A stretch of 64,000 nt of DNA. Origin: an uncultured Oscillospiraceae bacterium. Its GTDB lineage: Bacteria; Bacillota; Clostridia; Oscillospirales; Oscillospiraceae. The position numbers and the translations under genes are program-made. The notes below the pieces were generated by a model. That model was not told the origin of the DNA. It worked only from the letters and a program-made list of their open reading frames with translations, and made no database searches. Location of the stretch: assembly GCA_947624385.1 (NCBI GenBank), contig CANQJZ010000008.1, forward strand, positions 2,226 through 66,225. The letters are read 5' to 3'. Shown here in pieces: positions 10,081 to 16,863 of this stretch (position 1 is its first letter; every line of letters starts with the position of its first letter).

Positions 10081-10132
10081 GCTGGGCCTGGTCATGCCGG
10101 ATGAGAAGATATTTTACGATAGCGGACAATAA
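9854..10132 (+). CDS. divIC: septum formation initiator family protein (DivIC/FtsB)
   Basis: GTG start with AAAGGAG upstream, a single TM helix, a coiled coil, and a DKLGLVMPDEKIF C-terminal motif. Confidence 0.8.
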   Translation: MKLRRSSWLTLVVIVGLIAYACIALMNMRTKVAQANETEAELREQVESIQEENAALEYAIAHKDDDKTIEDIARDKLGLVMPDEKIFYDSGQ

Positions 10133-10133
10133 A

Positions 10134-10164
10134 ACGAGCGGGTCGATCGACCCGCTCGTTTTTC
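10134..10164 (+). terminator. intrinsic terminator after divIC
   Basis: Perfect 26-nt palindrome acgagcgggtcgatcgacccgctcgt followed by TTTT. Confidence 0.75.
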
Positions 10165-10190
10165 TCTCCCCCAGTCAGCGCCGGCAGCGG
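10164..10190. repeat. truncated or degenerate copy of the cccccagtcagcgcc hairpin-repeat module
   Basis: tctctcccccagtcagcgcc matches 3937-3955 and 51091-51106, but the partner arm is missing. Confidence 0.5.
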
Positions 10191-10197
10191 TTCTCCG

Positions 10198-10226
10198 AAA
10201 AACCGCTTGCATTGGGCGCTTTGACG
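10198..10226 (+). promoter_or_regulatory. sigma-A-type promoter candidate
   Basis: TTGCAT (10198-10203), 17-nt spacer, TATAAT (10221-10226). Confidence 0.5.
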
Positions 10227-10404
10227 CGCTATAATGAATCAAACGGAATAACAAAGGCGGGACTTGGAGCGGTAGAAGCACTCCAAGCCCCTATGCAGGA
10301 GAATAGTGCTCTCCTACACAGCTATTCAGCGCCCAGGGCTTATTATACTTTTTCCCGGTTGCTTTGACAAGGGGAAAAGGTTGCCTGGCTTTGTTGTGTT
10401 GTGC

Positions 10405-10442
10405 GCGGTGTGGGGAACAGACCCTGCACCGCTTTTGTTGTT
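10405..10442 (+). terminator. intrinsic terminator-like hairpin inside the 5' leader of the first surface-protein gene (candidate attenuator)
   Basis: Stem gcggtgtgggg / ccctgcaccgc (11 bp, 2 G-U pairs), 6-nt loop, then TTTTGTTGTT. It lies about 95 nt upstream of the ATG at 10538. Confidence 0.5.
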
Positions 10443-10537
10443 CCGGCGGGAAAGGTCTGTGGGCGGGCTTGAACCCCCGCCCCGGGCCGGACCTGTCGTG
10501 AATGGGAACAACAAAATTCAGAAAGGATGGCACAACT

Positions 10538-13500
10538 ATGGCAAAGCGCGCTTTATGTCTGCTCCTGGCGCTGGCGGCGGTGTTCTCCCTGGCGGCACCG
10601 GCGCTGGCGGAGGGAGAGGTCACGGCGGAGGAAGAAGTCGTGACGGAAGAACCCGTGGAGGCGGCGGAGGAAGTCGTCGTCGAAGCGGAGGAAGAACCGG
10701 TCGAAGTGACCGAGGAACCGGTGGTCACGGAAGAACCGGTCGAGGTAACGGAGGAACCGGCCGTCACGGAGGAACCCGTTGCCACGGAAGAGCCCACCGT
10801 GACGGAGGAACCTGTCGAGACGGAGGAGCCCGCCGTCACGGAGGTTCCGGAGGAGAACGCCCAAGAGGGCGAACCCATGACCGCGGCGGCAACGATCGCA
10901 TCCGGCACCTGCGGAAACGGTGTGAAATGGACCCTGACGGATAGCAACGACCCCCGCTATAAGCTCTATACGCTTACGATCTCAGGCAAGGGCGAAATGT
11001 ACGATTTCGATCCCAGCAACTACGCCTACACCCTCCCTTGGGTCGCATATGCTGACTGTGTCAACAAGGTGGTGGTCAAAAGCGGCGTGACCTATATCGG
11101 CGATTATGCGTTTGCCGCCTCGACCAAAATCGTAGACGACAATAATAATTATATCCCGTTCAGCGTTTCTCTTCCCACAACGGTCAAATCCATTGGCAAG
11201 GAAGCGTTCAGCAACCGCACGCTCACCAGCATATCCATTCCCAGCAGTGTAAAGACGATAGGCGCTTACGCATTTTTCAACTCCAATCTGACGAGCATTA
11301 CCCTTCCCGGCGGTCTGACGAATATCGAGGACAGCACTTTTGCGACGTGCCGCTATCTCAAGAGCGTGACGCTGCCAAAGAACCTTGATACCATCGGTCC
11401 GGGCGCGTTTGCCGAGTCCGGGCTCACCAGCGTCAAATTCCCGTCCTCTTTGAGAGAGATCGGCGATCAGGCCTTCCGCGACTGCGACTCACTCACGTCG
11501 GTCTCCATTCCCGGCAATGTGGAGAAAATCGGAGGAGCAGCGTTCTATGGATGCGATAAGCTCAAAACCGCTACGATCGGAAACGGCGTTGATACGATCG
11601 AGTCCCTTGTGTTCAGCGGTACGATTTTGGAAAGCATCACGATCCCCGAATCTGTTTCGGTCGTCGATGGGTTCCAAGACTGCCAGCGGCTGAAGACGGC
11701 GGTCATCAATGGCGCTTCGATTATCAGCGCCCAGGCGTTCTCCGGATGCACCGCTCTGACCACCGTGAAGCTCAACGACTACCTGGGGAAGATCGGCGGA
11801 TATGCGTTCGACGGATGCAAATCTTTGAAGGATGTGGTCATCCCGAATGGCGTGCGTGATATCGAGATGTATGCGTTCCGCAACTGCTCGTCGCTGCCGA
11901 AGATCGTTATTCCGGCAAGCGTGAAAGATATTGGCCAGGAGGCGTTTGCCGGATGCAAGAGCCTGAAGACGATCACCGTCGAAAGTCCGCAGTGCAGCGT
12001 CTGGGACTGGAGCGGCCGCGACCATACCGGTACCGCCTTGGGCGTGCCCGGAAAGACAAAGGTCATTTGCTATGAGCATTCTCCTGCGGACTACTATGCC
12101 TCGGGCAACGGGTATGCATGTGAATATCTGAAACTCCCTGTTCCCAAGCTCATAAAAGTAAAGGACAACGCAAACGATTCTGACGGCATCAAGATCATCT
12201 GGGAAAAACTTCCTATCGACGTAGAGTACCGCGTCATGTATAAGGTCGGCAACGGAAGCTGGACAGAGCTCCGTAACGCTTTTGGCTCCGATATATTCTA
12301 TGATATCGAGGATGACGGGACGGTCGTCGGCTCCTGGCACGATCCGGAAGTGGGAGAAACCTATACCTTCTCTGTGCGCTGCTATGTTGGCACTTACGAT
12401 CCGTTGACCGCCAGCGCCTACGATACCACGGGCCTGACCATGACGCATTACGGCGTGTATGCACCTGCGATCAAGGACCTCACGCGCAGCGGCAGCACGG
12501 TATCCCTCACTTGGGACCCTGTGAAGTACTACGTGAAGGACACGATGAAATATGAGCCGGTAAAGACGTATCAGGTGTCCTACCAGGTCGGCAGCGGAAA
12601 ATGGACCGTTCTGGGAAATACGAATGAGACCAGCTATACTTGGGACGGCGCCGACCCCAACACGATCTACAGATTCTCTGTGCGCAGCATGTCCGACAAT
12701 GGGACGGATTATCTCAGCACGCTTGACGAAGAGGGCAAGGTCCTGCCCACAAGCGCCATCCCGCAGGTCAAGAGCGTGACCGTCAGCACCAACGGCGTTG
12801 AAGTCACCTGGGCGGCAGTTCCGGGCGCGGTCAATTACCAGATCTTCTATAAAACCACCGATTCCTGGAAGAAGGCCGGAAATGCCACCGGCACCAGCTA
12901 CACCTGGACCAAGGCCAAGAGCGGCACGAAATATTCCTTCACGGTTCGGTGCCTGGACGATGACGGCAAGTCTTACATCAGCGACTACGACAAGACAGGC
13001 AAGAGCGTGACCTACGTGGCGGTGTCCACCGTGAAGATCGAGAATGTTGCCACCGGCATCAAAGTGTCGTGGAACAAGGTCGCCGGTTCGCCCAGGTACA
13101 TGGTGTACTACAAAGAGGGCAACGGCGGGTGGAAGAAGATCGGCACCACTACCAGCACGACTTACACCCGTGCGGCCAAGTACCTCAAGGGTGGTGCGAA
13201 ATATCAGTTCACCGTCCGTTGTTGCGCCAACGACAAGAAGACCCTGCTCGGCCCCTACAAGGCCAGCAACAGCCTGACCTTCTATGCCGCGCCGACCGTG
13301 AAGATCGAGAAGGTTTCCACCGGTATCAAGGTTAGCTGGAACAAGGTCACAGGCTCGCCACGGTATATGGTGTATTACAAGGAGAACGGCGGGAGTTGGA
13401 AGAAAATAGGGACCACGACGGCCACCAGCTACACCAGGGCGGCGAAATACCTGAAAAACGGTGTGACGTATGCGTTCACGGTGCGATGCTGCGAGAATGA

Positions 13501-13558
13501 TAAGAAAACGCTGCTCGGGCCGTACAAGGCGAGTAATAGTTTGAAGTACACGAAATAA
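10538..13558 (+). CDS. secreted surface protein: signal peptide, acidic EEPV linker, BspA-type leucine-rich repeats, five C-terminal FN3-like repeats
   Basis: MAKRALCLLLALAAVFSLAAPALA signal peptide. About 13 units of the LRR_5 pattern (..IG..AF..C..L.S..IP..V..I). Repeats of the type W.KV.GSPRYMVYYKE..G.WKKIGTT..TSYT....L..G..Y.FTVRCC. Confidence 0.85.
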   Translation: MAKRALCLLLALAAVFSLAAPALAEGEVTAEEEVVTEEPVEAAEEVVVEAEEEPVEVTEEPVVTEEPVEVTEEPAVTEEPVATEEPTVTEEPVETEEPAVTEVPEENAQEGEPMTAAATIASGTCGNGVKWTLTDSNDPRYKLYTLTISGKGEMYDFDPSNYAYTLPWVAYADCVNKVVVKSGVTYIGDYAFAASTKIVDDNNNYIPFSVSLPTTVKSIGKEAFSNRTLTSISIPSSVKTIGAYAFFNSNLTSITLPGGLTNIEDSTFATCRYLKSVTLPKNLDTIGPGAFAESGLTSVKFPSSLREIGDQAFRDCDSLTSVSIPGNVEKIGGAAFYGCDKLKTATIGNGVDTIESLVFSGTILESITIPESVSVVDGFQDCQRLKTAVINGASIISAQAFSGCTALTTVKLNDYLGKIGGYAFDGCKSLKDVVIPNGVRDIEMYAFRNCSSLPKIVIPASVKDIGQEAFAGCKSLKTITVESPQCSVWDWSGRDHTGTALGVPGKTKVICYEHSPADYYASGNGYACEYLKLPVPKLIKVKDNANDSDGIKIIWEKLPIDVEYRVMYKVGNGSWTELRNAFGSDIFYDIEDDGTVVGSWHDPEVGETYTFSVRCYVGTYDPLTASAYDTTGLTMTHYGVYAPAIKDLTRSGSTVSLTWDPVKYYVKDTMKYEPVKTYQVSYQVGSGKWTVLGNTNETSYTWDGADPNTIYRFSVRSMSDNGTDYLSTLDEEGKVLPTSAIPQVKSVTVSTNGVEVTWAAVPGAVNYQIFYKTTDSWKKAGNATGTSYTWTKAKSGTKYSFTVRCLDDDGKSYISDYDKTGKSVTYVAVSTVKIENVATGIKVSWNKVAGSPRYMVYYKEGNGGWKKIGTTTSTTYTRAAKYLKGGAKYQFTVRCCANDKKTLLGPYKASNSLTFYAAPTVKIEKVSTGIKVSWNKVTGSPRYMVYYKENGGSWKKIGTTTATSYTRAAKYLKNGVTYAFTVRCCENDKKTLLGPYKASNSLKYTK
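10610..10855 (+). repeat. in-frame degenerate 18-nt tandem repeat encoding the (T/V)EEPV(x) linker
   Basis: Repeated gaRgaaccNgtNNNNacg units. Confidence 0.7.
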
Positions 13559-13565
13559 GATTTTT

Positions 13566-13587
13566 GGGCGCGGCAAATGCCGCGCCC
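13566..13587 (+). terminator. terminator-like hairpin after surface-protein gene 1
   Basis: gggcgcggc aaat gccgcgccc. An identical copy lies at 16618-16639. The downstream T-tract is weak. Confidence 0.5.
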
Positions 13588-13599
13588 TTCCATATGGTA

Positions 13600-13710
13600 A
13601 GCCTCCCCTGTGCAAGGGGAGGTGCCGAGCGAAGCGAGGCGGAGGGGTTGTGGACAACCCCCCAGTCACGCATACACGTGACAGCCCCCCTTACACAGGG
13701 GGGCTTTCAA
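13600..13710. repeat. GC-rich mosaic hairpin repeat, locus C
   Basis: Hairpins cctcccct/aggggagg (13602-13622), ggggttg/caacccc (13644-13661), gtcacg/cgtgac (13665-13682) and gcccccc/ggggggc (13684-13704), then ctttcaa. Confidence 0.8.
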
Positions 13711-13735
13711 TACGGTAATATTTTAATATTTCTCC

Positions 13736-13764
13736 TTGTGCTGGAGGCTTTGGCGCGGTATAAT
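13736..13764 (+). promoter_or_regulatory. sigma-A-type promoter candidate, duplicated at 16800-16828
   Basis: TTGTGC, 17-nt spacer, TATAAT. Confidence 0.5.
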
Positions 13765-13799
13765 GGTTTTAATAAACTGGAAAGGACTGGTATGACGCT

Positions 13800-16610
13800 T
13801 TGGCAAAACGCGGTCTGTGTCTGCTCCTGGCGCTGGCGGCGCTCTTCTCTTTGAGCGCGCCGGCCTTCGCAGAGGAAGAACCCGTCACGGCGGAAGAGCC
13901 CATCGTGACGGAGGAACCGGAAGTCACGGAAGAGCCGGTCATCACGGAAGAGCCGGTCGCGACGGAAGAACCGGTCGCGACGGAAGAGCCTGTCGTAACG
14001 GAAGAGCCAGTCGAGGAACCGGAGGCAACGGAGGCTCCGGCGGACGAGCCGGTGCCCGCGGCGGAGTCCGGCGAATGCGGCGAGAGCGTGACCTGGACCT
14101 TGACGGACGACGGTGTTCTGACCATTTCCGGCAATGGGGCGATCAAGAGCAATGCCTTTGACGAGCGGACAGACATTAAAACGCTCGTCATAACCCCCGG
14201 CGTGACCGCCGTTGGCTGGTATGCGTTTTTCGGCTGCACGAGCCTGACCAGTGTGACCATCCCCGGCAGCGTGACCGAGATCGGCGGTCAGGCGTTTCGC
14301 AAATGCACAGCGCTGACCAGCGTGAAGATCGAAGAGGGCGTGGCCAAGATCGAGCAAAGCGCCTTTGACGACTGCACGAGCCTGAAGAGCATAACCATCC
14401 CGGCAAGCGTGACCAGCTTCAGCTTCGACGTGTTTGAAGGCTGCACATCGCTGACCATCAAGGGGTACGCGTTTTCCGCCGCCCACGAGTATGCCCTGAA
14501 CAACGGGCATGGGTTCACGCCTCTTGACCCCCAGACGACAAAGTCCGGCAAGAGCGGGAACCAGAGCTGGAACCTCACCGCCGACGGGCGCTTCACCGTC
14601 ACCGGCTCTGGCGCGATGGCGGACGATCCTCCCTGGAAGGAGTTTGGTTATGCCATCGTCGAGGCGGTCATCGGCAATGGTATCACCAGCATCGGCAATA
14701 ATGCGTTTTCCTCCTGCAGAAGTCTTGCCAGCGTGACCATCCCGGCCAGCGTGACGAGCATCGGCGAGCATGCGTTTTCTTCCTGCAAAAGTCTCAGCGG
14801 CATCACCATCCCGGCCAGCGTCACAAGCATAGGGGCATATGCTTTTAATTATTGCGACAGTCTGACAGTCGTGAACATCCCCGGCACCGTGGCCAGCATC
14901 GGCGCCGACGCCTTCGCCGAGTGCGACGGGCTGCAGCGCGTGAGCATTGGAGAGGGCGTACGGACGATCGGGAGCTGCGCGTTCAAGGGCTGCGGCATGC
15001 TGACCACCGTGACCGGTCCCTGGACGCTGACCAGCGTGGGCTTCGATGTGTTTGAGGGCACCCCCTGGCGGAACGCGCAGAAGGGCGGCTTCATCACCCT
15101 GGGCAACTGCCTGGTGGAATACACCGGCGGCGGCGGGGCCGTGACCACGCCCTCGGGCGTGACGCTCATCGCCGAGAACGCCTTTTTCGGCTGCCACGGC
15201 TTGTCCAGCGTCACCATCCGGGAAGGGGTCGAGATCATTCAGACCAACGCGTTCTGGAACTGCTACAACCTGGAATACGTCAAGCTCCCCGCCACCCTGA
15301 AGAGCATCGGAGATTTCGCGTTCAGCTCGTGCAATAAGCTGAAAACGGTGGAGGGCCTTGGCAGCGACACGGTGATCGGCCTCAACGCCTTTTCGAATAC
15401 GTCCTGGGCGATACAGACCAACAAGGATTTCTATGTCGTCGGCGGCACGCTGACCCATTATAACGGCGAGGGCGCGGCCAGCGTCACCGTCCCCGACGGC
15501 ATCAAGGCCATCGGCGTTCACGCGTTTTACGGCCATTCGGAGGTCGCCTCCGTGACGCTCCCCGGGACCGTGACCACCGTCGAGCGCCTTGCGTTCGAGA
15601 ACTGCCCGGCGCTGACCAGCGTGACGGTGGAGAATGCCGCCTGTGACATCGCCGCCTATGAGGCCACCATGGGCGCACCCGGGACCACGGTCATCCGCGG
15701 CTACACCGGCTCCACGGCGGAGGACTATGCCAGACGGTTCGGCTATAAATTTGTGTCCCTCGGTCAGGCGACCGAGTTTGCCGCGCCCACGGTGACCATT
15801 GCGCAGACGGCTGATGGCATCAAGGTGTCTTGGAATAAGATCACCGGTTCGCCGCGGTATATGGTGTACTACAAGGAGAACAACGGCGGCTGGAAGAAGA
15901 TAGGGACTACGACCGCCACCAGCTACACGCGGAAGGCCGCCGACCTGAAAAATGGCGTCACGTACGCGTTCACCGTGCGCTGCTGCGCCAATGACAAGCA
16001 GACCATGCTCAGCGGCTACAAGGCCAGCAACAGCGTCAAGTACACCGTTGACCTGGCCGCGCCCACGGTGACCATCAGCAAGGCGGCGGATGGTATCAAA
16101 GTGACTTGGAATAAAATCACCGGCGCACCGCGGTATATGGTCTATTACAAGGAGAACGGCGGGAGCTGGACGAAGATCGGCACCACGACATCTACCACCT
16201 ACACGAGAGCCGCCAAGTACCTCAAGAGTGGTGCGAAATATCAGTTCACGGTCCGGTGCTGCGCTAACGACAAGAAGACTATGCTTGGACCGTACAAGGC
16301 CAGCAATTCCCTGACATATACCGCTACCGCCCAGCTTGCCGCGCCCACGGTGAAGATCGAGAAGGTTTCCACCGGTATCAAAGTGTCGTGGAACAAGGTC
16401 GCGGGCTCGCCACGGTATATGGTGTATTACAAGGAAGGTAACGGCGGGTGGAAAAAGATCGGCACGACCACGGCTACAAGTTACACACGCGCCGCGAAGT
16501 ATCTCAAAAACGGCGTGACGTATCAGTTCACGGTGCGGTGCTGCGCCAACGACAAGAAAACTATGCTTGGACCGTACAAGGCGAGCAATAGTTTGAAGTA
16601 TACGAAATAA
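13800..16610 (+). CDS. secreted surface protein paralog: signal peptide, EEPV linker, long BspA-type LRR region, three C-terminal FN3-like repeats; TTG start
   Basis: MAKRGLCLLLALAALFSLSAPAFA is identical to the gene-3 signal peptide, but the start codon is TTG where gene 3 has ATG. Contains LRR_5 units and SPRYMVYYKE..FTVRCCANDK repeats. Confidence 0.85.
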   Translation: MAKRGLCLLLALAALFSLSAPAFAEEEPVTAEEPIVTEEPEVTEEPVITEEPVATEEPVATEEPVVTEEPVEEPEATEAPADEPVPAAESGECGESVTWTLTDDGVLTISGNGAIKSNAFDERTDIKTLVITPGVTAVGWYAFFGCTSLTSVTIPGSVTEIGGQAFRKCTALTSVKIEEGVAKIEQSAFDDCTSLKSITIPASVTSFSFDVFEGCTSLTIKGYAFSAAHEYALNNGHGFTPLDPQTTKSGKSGNQSWNLTADGRFTVTGSGAMADDPPWKEFGYAIVEAVIGNGITSIGNNAFSSCRSLASVTIPASVTSIGEHAFSSCKSLSGITIPASVTSIGAYAFNYCDSLTVVNIPGTVASIGADAFAECDGLQRVSIGEGVRTIGSCAFKGCGMLTTVTGPWTLTSVGFDVFEGTPWRNAQKGGFITLGNCLVEYTGGGGAVTTPSGVTLIAENAFFGCHGLSSVTIREGVEIIQTNAFWNCYNLEYVKLPATLKSIGDFAFSSCNKLKTVEGLGSDTVIGLNAFSNTSWAIQTNKDFYVVGGTLTHYNGEGAASVTVPDGIKAIGVHAFYGHSEVASVTLPGTVTTVERLAFENCPALTSVTVENAACDIAAYEATMGAPGTTVIRGYTGSTAEDYARRFGYKFVSLGQATEFAAPTVTIAQTADGIKVSWNKITGSPRYMVYYKENNGGWKKIGTTTATSYTRKAADLKNGVTYAFTVRCCANDKQTMLSGYKASNSVKYTVDLAAPTVTISKAADGIKVTWNKITGAPRYMVYYKENGGSWTKIGTTTSTTYTRAAKYLKSGAKYQFTVRCCANDKKTMLGPYKASNSLTYTATAQLAAPTVKIEKVSTGIKVSWNKVAGSPRYMVYYKEGNGGWKKIGTTTATSYTRAAKYLKNGVTYQFTVRCCANDKKTMLGPYKASNSLKYTK
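13875..14030 (+). repeat. in-frame 18-nt tandem repeat (EEPVxT linker)
   Basis: gaagagccggtcgcgacg-type units repeated about 8 times. Confidence 0.7.
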
Positions 16611-16617
16611 AGTTTAT

Positions 16618-16639
16618 GGGCGCGGCAAATGCCGCGCCC
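16618..16639 (+). terminator. terminator-like hairpin after surface-protein gene 2
   Basis: Identical to 13566-13587. Confidence 0.5.
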
Positions 16640-16648
16640 TTCCATATG

Positions 16649-16774
16649 GACGGCCCCCTTGTGAAAGGGGGCTGTCATGCGTCAGCATGACTGGGGGATT
16701 GGCGTGTATCTTACAGCAATCCCCCCGAGCCGCCATTCGGCGGCCCACCCCCCTTTGACAAGGGGGGCTTTCAA
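16649..16774. repeat. approx. 125-nt composite hairpin repeat, copy 1 of 3 (locus D)
   Basis: Almost identical to 24120-24247 and the inverted counterpart of 51016-51140. Five consecutive hairpins. Confidence 0.9.
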
Positions 16775-16799
16775 TACGGTAATATTTTAATATCTCTCC

Positions 16800-16828
16800 T
16801 TGTGCTGGAGGCTTTGGCGCGGTATAAT
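16800..16828 (+). promoter_or_regulatory. sigma-A-type promoter candidate (duplicate of 13736-13764)
   Basis: TTGTGC, 17-nt spacer, TATAAT. Confidence 0.5.
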
Positions 16829-16863
16829 GGTTTTAATAAACTGGAAAGGACTGGTATGACGCT

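Noticed and set aside
10291-10947. Minus-strand ORFs rich in GSSVT repeats (also 13769-14260 and 16833-17168).
   Set aside because: They are the mirror image of the EEPVxT linker repeats on the coding strand. The plus-strand frames carry the signal peptides and domains.
13793-13855. Short upstream ATG ORF (MTLWQNAVCVCSWRWRRSSL) overlapping the start of surface-protein gene 2, with the equivalent at 16857.
   Set aside because: It is out of frame with the signal peptide, and its sequence is simply the alternate reading of the signal-peptide DNA. There is no independent support.
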